From the human T2T-CHM13v2.0 reference genome, Homo sapiens, in the NCBI RefSeq assembly GCF_009914755.1, contig NC_060928.1: 64,000 nt of DNA. One strand, 5' to 3'. The notes beneath the pieces were generated by a model. The model saw nothing but the letters and a program-made list of their open reading frames with translations, made no database searches and was not told the origin of the DNA. Shown in pieces: positions 43,566-59,300 of the stretch. The position numbers and the translations under genes were made by a program. How positions within the stretch are numbered: the first letter of the stretch is position 1; the number at the start of each line of letters is the position of its first letter.

Positions 43566-44184
43566 TCATGGCAGTGAATATTCTTAAAAATATGACTTTT
43601 GATGGAGGCATACTATTTCAATCTATGGCTGCTGCATGATCTGTTTAACTACTTGTGGCACTTATTGAATAATGTTCTCTGTTTTTGATTTAAAAGCAGG
43701 TGAGTGAGACACTTCATACGTCCCAAAGGAGAGGGGAGAGAACTCCAACAATTCTGAATGAGTTGCTTTTCCTTCATAGCTTTCAATTTTTCTTCCCATT
43801 GTTTTTCCTTCCCATGGTTTATAGACCCTCACAAGGGAGAAAAAGGATGCTTTTGCACTCTAAATGTGCTGCTTTCATTACCATCATTGTCTAGTGACTT
43901 CCGTTCCTCTTATGTTCCCACATTGATTGGGTACAGAGTCCACTTCATTCTGTGCTTCCTCCTCTTGCAACCAGTCTTCATCTTAAGAACCAGTGGCTGC
44001 TCGTGCTGCCTGCCTTATGTGGATCACCCACCCCACTGGCTTTGCTCAAAATACTTCTCCTTTTTTATTTTTAGTTTTGTTAACTTGTTCTTTCCCCCTC
44101 CTTTCTCTTTTCCTTACCTCCTTCCCTCCTTTCATTTTTTTCTTCCCTTTCTTCTCTCTCTCTCTTTTCCCAGCTTTCCTGCGA

Positions 44185-44395
44185 TATAATTGACAAATAA
44201 AAATTCTGTATATTTATGGCGTACAATATGATGCCTGTATATATTGTGAAATGTTTATGCAAACAACCTAATGAACACATCCATGACCTAGCATTGTTAT
44301 TATTATTTTTTTAGTGGTAAGAACATTTATGATCTACTCTCTCAGCAATTTTCAAGTGTGTAATAGATTATTATGAACTAGAGTGACCATCCTTT
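44185..44395 (-). mobile_element. L1MA 3' tip
   Basis: ataattgacaaataaaattctgtatatttatggcgtacaat...atctactctctcagcaattttcaag. Confidence 0.75.
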
Positions 44396-44609
44396 ATCAA
44401 CATCCTCTTGAAGCAGAAAAAGTTCCTGCTGGGCACATGCCAAGCATAGACAGAGAAGGCTCAAGAGAAACGTGTTTATTGTTGGAGCATAGTATTTTAC
44501 AGTTTACAAATCCTTACCTGCTCTGGGAAAGGTAGATAGAGATGTCTCTGAGGTGTTGGAATTACAAATTAGACCCAGTGTTTGGAATTCTTTTCCATTT
44601 TGAAGATGA

Positions 44610-44870
44610 GGCAGTATAGCTAGTGCAGTGGATAAGAGGGCAGACTTTGATGACAAGCAGACCTGTGCTTGAATCTCAGCTTTGTCTGAACTTGCTGTGG
44701 GACTTTGGTTAGACCATTCATGTAAATCATCTGAGCCTCATTCTTCATCTGTATTTGGGAATAATAAAGGGCCCTAACTCATAGGCCTGGGCAAGGATTG
44801 AAAGACATAGTCTACCTGAAGAGTTCAGCATGGTGTCTGGAATGTCAAAGTAGTAAACAAATGGTAGCAA
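44610..44870 (+). mobile_element. MIR
   Basis: ggcagtatagc..gtggataagag, tctgagcctca..ttcatctgta core. Confidence 0.7.
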
Positions 44871-45835
44871 GGAACATCATTTATCCTATTTGTCTTGCCC
44901 TGGTGTTCTTACATTCAAGGTCAATGTTTTATCTTTTCAGTGAATAATAGAAAATGAAAATTGAAGTGATAGCCAAAGAATGATCCCTTACATATATACA
45001 TACACACACACATATGTGTTTGTGTGTATGTTTGTGTAAAATAAACATACTTCGTTTAAATTAAAAATGAGAGTTTTAAATTAAAAAATGAGAGATTTTG
45101 ATTTTTAGAACTTGTTGAGAAGTTGGAGATCAAGTTTAAGAGCATCTTAATAGACTTATTTAAAGCAAGGTACTTAATTTTTCACTTTCTCAATGCTTAT
45201 AGCCTTGTGAAATTCTACAGTGACCAACTTTAAGGGTCTGGGTTCCATGCACTGAACTTCCTGGATAATGGTCTGTTTCTGCGAAGCTGCATGATTGAGC
45301 TTCCTGGTTCCAGGCAGGCAGACTGGCCGCCCTCTGGCTTTGGAACCGGATTGGAGCTGTCACATCCACTTACTGGGACCCACATGACCTTTGTTCCACA
45401 CTTGAGGCTGTTCTCTGTGAGCCAAATATGGATGTACCTGGCATAGAATAGATGTTCTTTGCTGTGAGAACAATTTGGAGTAATATTTGCTCATAAACGC
45501 AGTCGTTTCCTCAGAAAGTAATGCATTAGCAGCTTGGCTGGCTGATTCCTGCTGTTCTTTCAGGCTGAACAGCAGCAGTGTCTGAATCACCTTCCGGAAG
45601 CACCTTGTGGCAATTCGCTAATTATTTTTATGATGCCAGGTCAGCAGTAAAGGTGGCCTTCCTGCTTCGCTCTTTCTCCAGAGCCACGTGATGGAAGAGA
45701 CTATTTTTCAAACCTGAGTTTGAGTGCCCAGCCTGCCAGGAGAGGAAGGCACTGAATATTCAGGCTGAGTTGCTTTGCACCCTTTTCCCTTTGCATGTCC
45801 TTGTCCTGGTCTTGGTATTTTGTCCCCGGAAAGCG

Positions 45836-46318
45836 TATTATTTTCTGAGGGCTGCTGTAACAAAGTACCACAAAGGGGGTGGCTTAACACAATAGAAATG
45901 CCTTCTTTCATAGTCTGGAAGCTAGAGGTCTGAAATCATGGTGTTGGCAGGGCTATGCTCTCTTTGAAGGGTCTAGGGGAGAATCTGTTCCATGCTTTTT
46001 TTTTTTTTTTTCCTTTTTTAGCTTCTGGTGTTGCCAGCAATTCTCAGCATGCCTTGGCTTGCAGCTGCTTTGCTTCATTCTCTGCCTCTGTCATCACATG
46101 GCATTGAGACATGTCATTCTCCCAGGTGTCTGTCTCTGTGTCTCTTCTCCTTATAAAAACATCAGTCATACTGGATTAAGGGCCCACTCTACCCCACTTT
46201 GACCTAATCTTAACTAATTCCATCTGCAATGAGCCTATTTCCAAATAAGGTCACATTTTAAGGTACTGGGGGCTGAGGATTTTCACCTCTTTTAGGGGGA
46301 CATGATTCAAATGATAAC
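45836..46318 (-). mobile_element. MLT1C-like LTR
   Basis: gtattattttctgagggctgctgtaacaaagtaccac...tttccaaataaggtcacatt. Confidence 0.85.
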
Positions 46319-47130
46319 AAAACATATCCAAGCATACCTTATTTATGAAAGCTGGGGCATTATTCCTAATTATTTTTCAGGTCTGAGACTGGTTGGGAGC
46401 TGTTTTGTTTCCTTTGTAGGTAGGAAGAGGGTGGCTGAGCTCTGAACTCAAGCTAGTGGTGTGCACACATGTTTTTTGAACATGTCGTCTGTGAGCTACA
46501 ATCGTTTGGGTGAACAAAACTCTTTTCTTATTTTTATGAGATTATAGTGTTCCAACAAATAAAGAAAAAGAAGACTTCTTTCTCCTTGCTGAGTCAAGGC
46601 TTGTATTCTAGGGTTCCTTCATTCCTGTAACACCTCATCCATGACAAAACTCTTGTTTCCAGCCTGGAGGGAAAAAAATTACAGTCATATTAAAAGTACC
46701 ACAGGAAAGTTAAAACCCTGGCGTCAGTCATTTCAGAAAAGGCTGAACTCTTTTAACTAAACAGAGCAGCTTTGAAATTTAATAGAAATCTTGTGAGGTG
46801 TACTATAATGTGAAACAGTATTTCTTTTAGTTATTTCATGAAAAGATGAGCATTTCTGTGGTGACTTTCATCTGAAGTACCTCAAATGCCACAGTAATTT
46901 GATAAATTATGCTGTCTGTGGGGCTTCTGCATCCTGCCCACTGTTCTTCCCAATTTCCAAATCCTACTGAGGCACAACCACCTCTGGAGTACAGGTTGAG
47001 GCTCAGTGTGGTAGCAATTCTACTTAAACAAGGTGTATTGGGATTTTGAGAATTTTCCATTCCTTATTTGTGTTTCAAGGAGATACTTGGCATCATAGAA
47101 AGAACTGTGGATTTAAAATTAGCTGTGTGA

Positions 47131-47445
<315 letters not shown>

Positions 47446-48320
47446 TTAGCTGTGTGAATCTAGGCCTCAGTTTCCTCAAGTGGAAAATGAAGCATTTGGA
47501 CTTATGACTTCTGAGGTTCTCTTCCAAGTTTAAATATCTAGGAGTCTATGGTTTGTGAAGACTTTTCTAAATTGCTTCGAAATGTTGACCAGGGAGTTAA
47601 GTGTGCTTTTAGGGAACCGTCTGTGACTTGGTATTCTGCTCAGTTTTGCTGACAAAATCTTCTGTTCCATGAAGGATTTCCCTGGTATTTGACCTCCATG
47701 TTCTTCAGGCTTGTCAATGTTTATAGCACAGCAGTGACCTTGCAAAGTGAAATAGCCACTTTGTATTTCTTTCTGCCAGTGTGCATGCTCCCCAAAGGCT
47801 GCCCCAGAGATTATTGATGAGGAGTATGGCCCATTGTGATTCCTAGTATTTCTGTAGCTCTTTATAGTTTTCACAATGAATTCATGAACATTCATTTATT
47901 GAATTCCCCCTGATAGTCTGGAGATAAGCTAGACTGGCATTATTATTCTCATTTGAAGGATGAGGAAGCCAAGGAACATTGAGGCTACATCACCTTAACA
48001 AGGTCACAGAGTAAATTAGTGGCAGAGGAAGGAATGGATACAAATATTCTGGCTTCTAGTTTAAGTTTTCTTTTACTATATTACATTTGAATCAAACTGT
48101 CCAGATGGAGAAAGAAAATAATGTAACATGTATACCTACTATGTGCTGGATATACTAGTCAGGATTCAAACCACAATGTATTTGCTTCTGAGGATGAAAT
48201 TCTTTACATTGCCCGATATTTCTTCCTTAATGACTGGAAGCAAATGGTGAATACCAAGGGCCATTACATAAAATAGATTAAATTAGTTTGGTTTTATAGG
48301 CAACTTGAACACACTCAATT

Positions 48321-48566
48321 CTTTTTTATTATACTTTAAGTTCTAGGGTACATTTGCACTACGTGCAGGTTTGATACATAGGTATACATGTGCCATGTTG
48401 GTTTGCTGCACCCATCAACTCATCATTTACATTAGGTATTTCTCCTAATGCTATCCCTCCCCCAGTCCTCCACCCCCCGACAGGCCCCAGCCCCGGTGTG
48501 TGATGTTCCCCACTCTGTGTCCAAGTGATCTTTGTTCAATTCCCACCTATGAGTGAGAACATGTGG
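48321..48566 (-). mobile_element. Short L1PA6/7-like 3' end
   Basis: L1 3'UTR. Perfect 14-bp TSD gaacacactcaatt at 48307 and 48567. Confidence 0.92.
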
Positions 48567-49264
48567 GAACACACTCAATTTTGATGTGTACACATAACAG
48601 AACTTCACTAAGCTATGAGCTTAGGATGTGAATCGCATCGGGCTGGGATCATTCTCCTAGTGCCTTCCAGGGAACTTCCATGGGAAGTGAGTGGGGAATG
48701 AAGAAAGCTGTGTAGGAAATATATTGTTTCTCTGTAAAAGACACCACTAGAAAATTGGAGGAGCCAGGAATGACATTGCCTTCTCTCTCGAATGGATGGG
48801 GTGATGTTCAGAGATGCCAAGAATTCCTTGTGGATACTCTTAAGTCTTTTTCCCTGGTAGCTGGGCCCACAGTGATAGCTCTAGAGACTAACCTGTAGGA
48901 AGTATTTTCAAATAGCTATAATAGTGCTGCCTTAAATTCCTCATTTTCTGTTGTGAGGACAAATGACAAAACGTATGTGATTATATTGTGGAAATACAGT
49001 CAACCGGTCATAGTAAGAAACCAACATTGTGTTTCATGAGAGAATAGACTGCTATTCTAGGGTGCAAAAGCTGTTCTGCTACTTGCTAGTTTTGGATTCT
49101 TGAGCAAGTGCCTTATCTTATTGAGCTTCAGTTTTCCCATCTTGCCTTCTAAGTCTTCAATGAAATGATCTCAGTAAAATCCCAGACCTAATACCTGGGT
49201 CTTTTCTAGTCTCAGATGAGAAATTCCTCTTTCTTCTCACCTCTCTTTTGAGTTAGTGACTTGA

Positions 49265-49582
<318 letters not shown>

Positions 49583-50267
49583 AAAGGTCAAAACCCATTT
49601 TTTTAAAAAAGTAATGTATGTTCTTATTTAACAGGCCTAAAAAAAAAAAAAAAAAAAAGAAGACAGGATTAGCAAACATAATAGATTTTTTAAAACAAGT
49701 TTTCCAAGTTATGTCCTCACATCAAGCTCTATCAGTTGTTCCATTTTTTTGTATACTCAACATTCCTTCCTTCTGGGAACTCTCTTCCCTCTCAATGTAT
49801 TTCTGGTGGGGTTGAAAATGATGTGGCTCTGCCTTTCTTGCTGAGTGATTGGCTGAAGGATGGACATGTGATTCTAGAGGAGCCAATCACAGTCTTTGAG
49901 TTTGCTTTGGTCACTGGTGGGTAAAGAGCAACACTATTCTCTGAGATTGCTGCCTGTGGGTAAGGTTGAGCCTGGGCTGCTGGTGGCTGTCTTTGATGCC
50001 ATGCTGAAAGAGCCTCTTGAGGATGAAACCCCCATGTTGGAAAATGGAAAGAAACATTAGAAAGAGAGATTTTTCTTGACATATTTCAACCTCTGTATCT
50101 ATCTGACCATTCTTAAATTCAGCTCTTTGGTCTGACTGATTACTTCCTTAGGATAAGAACTTCCGTTATGGTGCAAGCTAGTTATGGTGCAAGCCTAGTG
50201 GGTACTTGGAGTGGGTGGAGGAGTCAGTTGTTCTGGTCTTGTTAGGAAGCATATAGTCTAAGGGGTC

Positions 50268-51325
<1,058 letters not shown>

Positions 51326-51758
51326 TAGACAATTTTAAATTCATCCCTCTGGGTTCTTCTAAACATTATCATGCATAATTATCCAGACTGGCAAGGAGCA
51401 GAGAAGCATGGCTGAGAGTGGAACTCAAATGTCAGTGTAGGATTTTCAACGCCAGCTGTCCGTTTAAAAGAAACTGATGCTCACGTCTCATCCCAGACTA
51501 TTTATAGGAAAATTTTTGTGGACGGAGCTCAGGCATGAGCTCCAGGTGACCTAAGATGAGCCAAAATTGTGAACATTGCATTAACAGGCATCAGAATCCT
51601 AATCCTGGAAATTAGTAGCACAGATTTCTAAGCTCTCTTTGATCTGTTGGATGAGAATAATCTAGGAGTAGGGCCTGGGAAACCGGGGAATTCAGGCGAT
51701 TTTGACACAGGTGGTGATTAATTTGAGGAAGATGGAAAAATATTGGTCCAGTGTATGA

Positions 51759-51784
51759 GTGTGTGTGTGTGTGTGTGTGTGTGT
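51759..51784. repeat. (GT)n microsatellite
   Basis: About 13 GT units. Confidence 0.95.
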
Positions 51785-52086
51785 ACTCTCTCGATGGAGA
51801 GAAAGAATCATGGAGAAAGGGAATAAAAAACCTCAGAATCCAAGGAATAACCTAAAAAAGAACTTTATATTCATCCACTCATCCATCTATCCAGGTTGGT
51901 GGCAATGTGGCACAGCCACAGCCGTTAAAAGCATAGAATGGTTCTGTCATGTTGGGCAAATTATGTAACCTCTTTCAACCTCAGTTTCATCATCTGAAAA
52001 TTGGGAACACACATAATATCCCCTTGCAGGTTATTATGATGTTTAAATAAATTATGCTTGTAAAGTATTTAACATAGCATCTAGAA

Positions 52087-52422
52087 CTGCACTGTCTAAT
52101 ACAGTAGTCACTAGTTGTGTGTGGCTGCTGGGCACTGAAAATGTGGCTAGTTTGAATTGGGATGTGCTATAAATATAAAATCCACACTGAATTTTTAAAT
52201 CTTAGGATAAAAATGCAAAATGTCTTATTAATAATTTTAAAATATTAAAATTATAATTTGACTATATTGTATTGAAATAATATTTTAGGAATATTAGGTT
52301 AAATAAAATATATTGTTAACATTAGCTTTATTGGTTTCTTTTTACTGTTTTACAAATGAGGCTACCAGAATATTTGAGAATAACAGATGTGGCTCGTATT
52401 TTATTTCTACTGGGCAGTGTTG
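52087..52422. mobile_element. MER33 hAT-Charlie MITE
   Basis: ctgcactgtctaatac...tgggcagtgttg. TSD atctagaa/acctagaa. Confidence 0.85.
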
Positions 52423-52904
52423 ACCTAGAACATAGCAAACTCTCAGTGACTGTTAGCATGTTGTTATTGGTATTATTTAATTCAAAAGCACTTAGTGAAC
52501 ACTTGCTATGAAGGATATAAACATCAGTCATTGATTAGCTAGTGTATCTTCCATTGAGGTAGTTAAAGTCTTGTTAAGGCAAAAGAAGTAACCAAGAATA
52601 TTTGGGATTTGATTCATCTTAGAACTGTGGTGTGTGCCTGGCATAGTCCACATTTCCACAACAAATGCAAGATGAAATGCTACCAGAATTATTAATGAGA
52701 CATTACAAATTGGGGTGATTAACTCAGGTACCTTAAAGCATATGCGGTGTCTGGTGACAAGAAGGTGTCTCAGAGAGGACGCTGGAGCTGAAGAACTTCA
52801 TCAGACCTATAAAACAGTATTTGACAAATTAGATTCTAATACATATCATGTAGCCCATCATCTCTCCCTTTCCTGCCATTATAAAGAAAGGAATCAACAC
52901 TTCT

Positions 52905-53330
52905 TGGAATATTGGGTCAAATATTTCCCCCTAAAATTCATGTCTACCTGGAACCTCAAAAATGACCTTACTTGGAAATAAGGTCCTTGGAGATGTAATA
53001 ATTTAATAGAAAGTCATATTTGGTTAGGATGGGCTCTAATCCTATGATGGTGTCCTTTTAAGAAGAGAAAACAGAGACAGACATACAAGAGAACACATGT
53101 GAAGATGCAGGCAGGGATTGGAGTCATGCAGCTATAAGCAGATTATTGGCAACCACCAGAAGCTGGAAGAGGCAAGGAAGGATTCTTCTCTAGAGCTTTT
53201 GGAGGGAGCTTGGACCTGCTGACATCTTGAATTTGGACTTCTAGCCTTCAGAACTGTGAGAGAATAAATTTGTATTATTTCAAGCCACCCAGTTTGTGGA
53301 AATTTGTTATGACAGCCCAAGGGTATGGAT
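52905..53330 (+). mobile_element. MLT1C-like LTR
   Basis: tgaccttacttggaaataaggtcc...tttgttatgacagccc. Confidence 0.8.
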
Positions 53331-56300
53331 ATATTGAATATTTACTTAAGCCAGGTTTTGCTTTCTTAATTCTTTAGGAGACAAATATTAACTTCTTTGG
53401 TTTTCTGGGATTCACTTGTGGTTCTAGGGAGAATGTGGATCCAGGGAGACATGAAGGTCTTGGCAAAGGCAGAAACAGAGTCTAAGAGAAACCAAGGCAT
53501 ATCAAAACAATATAGCCAGATGGAGTCTCCAAAATGAGGATGAAGGGGCAAGCTAAAGGTCAAAGTTAGAAAACAGTGCCCAGAACTGGTTTAAAGTGAA
53601 GTCATGAAAGGAAGAGAAATGGTGGATTAGAAATGGATTAAATTGTGGATAGACTGGCAAGCAGAGAGTAAGATGGGTCCGGATGAAGAGACTGGGAATA
53701 TGGCTGATATCAGTATGGGATGGGTGAAGCCCCATGTCTGTGTTGTGCCAGCTGTGTGGCAGAGTGACATCTTTACATAAACTTGAAGTTATTGTTCCTT
53801 ACACTAAGATATGGCTACATCTGGACACATGGTGATTGACAGGAGTTATATAAACCTATAGCACAAGGGTGGTGCATCTTCTTCTATCATCATAATACAA
53901 AAACAAACACATGTTTAGAAGTATAATATACAACTTTCCTGAATGCTAATCTAAAACATGAGATTATGAAAGTTTTTCTTTTGTGGCATTCACTTCAGGC
54001 TTTTAGCATTTCCCAGCAGTACACAGCCACTTTCATGTGCTCTCATGGCCATCTCCACTGCTGGAAAGTTGGAGAATCACTGAAGGAAAAGGCTTGTAAA
54101 GAACTGGACAATATTCCCATCATTTCTAAGATATGTCCCTTGCCCTAAGCCTGCATATTTAGGCACTCATTAGACATTTGGTAGTTCTTTTGTGAGAGTG
54201 AAAGTCCAAAAAAAGTGATGCATTTCTTTGGGTCTGCACCTTGGCCCGTGTGTTTATAAACAAAGAAAACTCATATAGGGAGGGTGTTTTCAGGAGTGCT
54301 AGGGGGCTGTGCATAGTAAGAAGTGCTTGATGATTCTCAAACTTGCAGACACTTCGGGCATATCAAGGCAAGAAGAACTTAAACCCAGTGCAAATATGAA
54401 AACTTTACCTTTATCTAGACAAGGCTTTCTAACTAAGAAATGCATGGTATTTAAATAGCCTGAAATTACAGTGGGTTTTCTTGTGTAGATTCATCTGGTT
54501 CAAGTTAGGTGTCTGTAACTTTTCTGCTACAAACCTATGTTCATATTTATATTACTCTTCTTTTAGTTAATTATATGTAGGTGTGTACTATTTTATCCTC
54601 TGGATCATCAAGGACAAATGGAACCTTTTTGAGGCTGGTTTCCTCTGCAGATTTAGAGCGATTGCTTGTTCCTGACGTGCTAAGCATTGGGAAGATGAGG
54701 AAGTTCATGGACATGCCCAGTTGCCAAAAGTGGAACCTGGGAGTCATCCTGGAATTTTTTCCTCTTCCTTGTGGCATCTCATCCATTACCAAGTCCTAAA
54801 ATCTGCATCTGGAGAGCTCTCAAATCCACCCAACTTCTCTTTGTCCTTTTGCCTAGGTAAGAGTAGAGTCTAATCCTACACAGGAATGAACGTAGGGGTA
54901 GAAAAGAGTTAAAGATTCTAGAATTTGCTTATAAAGTGAAAATCATTTATAGTTAAAATTACCCTTGGGAGAAAAACATGGGGAAACCATTCCTTAAATT
55001 ATACTTAGATTACCTGGGCCCTCTATAAATAAAAGCTGCCACATAAACTGTTATTTCTCTTGCTTTTCCAGCTGAGGCCATCCTTTATCTAATAGGACTA
55101 AAGGCTGTTTTGGACAGGGGGATGGATGATAAGGTAAATGAGGAAATTTCTCTGTTTATTTCATTTTATTTTAGTTAAACAATTATAAATGAATGGATGT
55201 TATGGCACTGGGTTGCATTTGGCTGGACAGTCATCAGCTGTTTCAGGCAGACCTTGCTAACCCAGTTAATAAATCCTATTAACCAAACAGGATTTATTCT
55301 TGCTGCAGCTTCATTTCTGCCACAAAGTGTTGTCTGGGGCAGTAATGTAAAAGAAAGCCAATGTTAAACTCAGCTGGTTAGAAACACAACAAAGCAGAAT
55401 GTGGGTCTTCTGGGAAAGAAAGTGGATGGGATTGTTGAGAAAGGGAGACCTGGTCTTCTCCAGTCCCAGGAGGCTGCCAAACGCTCATTCCCAAGGGCGA
55501 AGTCTTGGATTTTCCCTTTTTTTCTCTCACAAAGTAACCACCTGTGGGAAATTCTCCTGCTTATCTTATTTTTCTTGCCCAGCATTCTAGACAGGCCTTC
55601 CTAACAGAGACCACCAAAGGTGTGTGAGGTCAGTGGCTGGATTGCACATTGGAGTGGACAAAACTGGGTTCACATCCTGGTCTTGCCGCAGAGCTGGACA
55701 TCCCTGGGAAAGTTACTGAACAAATCTTTCCCTTGGTTCCTCTCATCTGTTAAATGGAGATGTTCCTGCTAACTTTATAGAGCTGGTGGGAAGATGGAAC
55801 ATGCAAGCTCCTGGATGGCCTAATAAATGAAGTTCATTCCCTTGCTCTGGGAGAATGTTCCTGCAGATTTCTAGAAGAGGCAGTAGCTAGGGAGAGCCCA
55901 TCATCAATGCACCCTGTGTATTATACTCCTAGAAGGTGCAACAGGGCAAAAAGGACTTTGAAAGTGGCTTTGTTTGAATGCTCTTCAATCCTAAGATTAT
56001 TTTTCTGTTTTATTCTTGTACACACTTGCTTTCAGATAATCATACAGATGTATGAGCTGTTAGGTCTTGGGTTTAATTCATCATGACGAGGTCACTTTTT
56101 GCCACCATACAGTTACATATGAACATCTGCTTGGCCATCCTGCCTGGGATAGAGAAGGAATATTCATTTTTCTAATTCCCGACTAACAGGTATTTCTCAG
56201 TTACTTTCTAATGTGTGGCCACCTATAGTAATGCCAAGATAAAGAGAAGAGGGAAAATCTACCTTCTTACTCCTCCCAATGTAGCCGTCCTTCAACACAA

Positions 56301-59300
56301 TTGCATTCAAGATCTAGCCCTCTTGAGAGGGCAAATAGTTCTTAACTTGGAAGCCAAACTGATCAAGTGGTAGTGGGACCTGTGATGCTTTGTTGAGAAG
56401 ATGTCTGAGGTTGCATATCTGGAATCCACAGCAAAAAGGCCATGATCAATGTATGATGTCTGCTGTGGGTTTGGATTGAGGCGTGGTGCCACATGGTTCC
56501 CATAACAATCTACCATTCATCTTATTGATTCTCCAGATTTCTATCACAGTGCCTATTTCTTCATTCCACCTTTTACTTTCTTGTAGGATATTGGTAGACC
56601 ATTGCCACATTGTAGAAGTCTTGAAGTTAGGTAGGGACTGTCAGTCTTTATTACTGTACTCTCCCTACCTCACACCTCCCACTTTAAAACCTGGTACAAT
56701 GCTTGACACCTTATAGTCATTCAATTATATTGCCCAGTTTAACTTTCAACCTTACTCCTTTAAGCCACTTTCTATACTGCCAACAGAAATATATTTCTAA
56801 AATAAACATATAATCTTGTTCTATTTCTACTTAAAACTCTTTCCGATCCCAACTAGCTCAAGGATAAAGTCCAAGTTCTAAATCCTTTATTTTGGCAAAA
56901 CAATTCTTTGGAGGTTTTGTTTTCACCTAGTTCTCTGACTCACCAGCCACTCTTCCCTCCTCCATCTCTTATGCATCATTTTATTTTGTACTTTGGAGTC
57001 TTTACATCTGTAGGTTATTAGACAAAGAATGCCCATTCGCCATTGTCCACCCCGTGGGCTATTCTTCATCCTTCAGAATTCTGTATCTTGAAGGACTGAG
57101 ATATAATATAGTGGTTAAACATATGGGCTGGGCATCAGGATGCTTAAGTTCAAATCTTGATTAGTTTCATAACTTTGTGCAAATGCTTTGACTTTTCCCA
57201 ATCTGAGAAATGGGAGGTAGTACTGAGTTGTGTGCATAGTGGGAGAAGTCAATGAGCAGTATGTGCAGAACTTAGCATGATGCCTGGCACAGTGTGAGTA
57301 TTCAGCTAAATTTATCTATTTTCTTAACTGGGACTCAGAACCAAGCTCACAGTCTTTAGGGGAAATGGACAAAATTGCAATATAATGTGAAAAGAATTGT
57401 AATCATGGCATGAATAAGAAGCAAAGGGAGCCCAAAGGGCAAGCCCAGGAAAAGAGCACCAAACCCAACTGGAGGAAAGGGATGTCTGAGGAAATACGTT
57501 TGGGAAGTGGATGCTTGAACTAAGAACTAAGAAATGGGCTAGAAGTTTGGCACAATGATGAGGATGCATGGTGTGTAAGAGTTGGGGCTTCATGGACCAT
57601 ATCTGGCCCCATGCAACTGTGTCAGGGGGAGAGACAATCAGCCACAGGTGAATGTCATCTTTTGGTTACTTTTGAATGCAGTGTTCTGGTTAGCCCACTG
57701 GCACTTCAGGTGCCTTGTCCCTTTCTCATATACAGGAGAAAACTGGGGAGAAAGAGGATTCATGCAGCAAAAGCTTTTCTCCTGATGGAAGGGCAGATGA
57801 GAGAGAGCTATGTGTCTCTGTAAGCTACATTGTGTGAGTGTTGCTTACATGGAAGCCTCCCCTTAATCTCTCTCCTTGATCTTACTCTCTTACCCTTGAT
57901 AAATTGAGATGGGGTGTGTGGAGCATCTTTTGTCCCTCCTTTTTGGAGAGAAAGGCGAGGATGGATATGCCAGAGCTGCATGGCCCTCTGTGAGCAAAGA
58001 GCAGGCTGTTTCACCCTTGACATCCCAGGGTTAGACCAGTACCCTGGGATGGCTGATGAGAGCTCCAACTCTATAGTTGCCTTTGGCATGTTGGAAACAA
58101 AACTCTTGATCTCCCCCTGCCCATGAGCATCATTCATGATTGATCAAAATTACTTTCCCAACTCAATGGAAAAAGGAGGGGAGTTATTTTTACTATAGGC
58201 AGGGGACTCCGAAAAAGAGGTGTCCTTATGAGGTTTTGCGTTCTGGCTTAATTTAACTGGTTAAAAATTTGGCAGGTAGCAGAGTGTATGTAGGGTCAGG
58301 TGAAGGCAGGGCATTGGGAGCAGACAGCATGGCATGAAGAAAAGTATGGCACCATATTAAGTTAAGAATTAAGAGGCAATGTGAATTTATTTTTGTTTCA
58401 AAATTGAAACTGATTAATATCAATATCACTTAGTAAAACTCAGGAGAAAAAATCAAGTTAGACGTGCAAAAACGTGATCTGAATGTGATAGATGTTATTC
58501 TGTGAAGCTTAATTTCATCTGAAAGCAATGTAAGAGAAAATAAAAAGCATTGTATTGCTTAGTAATTATCCTGTGGCTGATAGGGATATTTCATTAAAAA
58601 ATGGATAGAGTGCTAAATATCCCCTAACACAGCTATTTAAGTGAAGTATCAAAGTGTTGAAAGAGCACTCATTGTTTAATATTCCTTAGGTAGGCTAAGG
58701 TTTTCCTGTTTCAATTGTTGACAATGTGTGAATATTGGATTCCTTTTCTTTCTAAACAATACATAAGTTACTTGTGAAATGTTATAGTTCTCTTTTCAGT
58801 AAATGAAAAAATCAAGGCCTACTATTTAAGTGACTTAACCAAATGTTATTTAGCACACCTGAGGTTTGAACCTAGCTCTCCTGATCCCACATTTGTTGGC
58901 ATTTCTACTACATTATGCTGATCCTGTTTGGAGAATTAAGCAGTAAACATGGTACAGGTGAATCCTGTTGGTTCTGGGGAATAGTAAACCTCTTCAAATT
59001 CCATTTTTATTGCAATCAAGAATGTGAAAGAAAATGGCATTCACCCCTAAGCATTGACCCCACTTGAGAATTTTAACAATTGCCAATGTCATCTCTCTTT
59101 TTGCAAATAAAGACTATGTTTCCCTATTCTAGGTGTCCACGTGGAAACTTAAAAACCAGTTAATAGTCCATAGTGTCTCGAGATTGAGACAATATGTCAG
59201 GTGAGCAGAGTAACTAGATCTTTTTACCTGAATGCTTTGGTTTTCATCAGACACTTGAGTGTCATGGGGATATGGCCAAAATGATCTCTTGTTTCATTCT

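Noticed and set aside
43758-44189. 143-aa hydrophobic ORF
   Set aside because: Non-ATG start and a pyrimidine-rich low-complexity tract. No domain or exon context.
45055-45099. 20-bp tandem duplication (also the 16-bp one at 50165-50198)
   Set aside because: Ordinary slippage duplications. Not spacer-separated arrays, so not CRISPR-like.
58021-58051. Perfect 11-bp inverted repeat catcccagggt/accctgggatg
   Set aside because: Short enough to arise by chance in 64 kb, with no supporting context.
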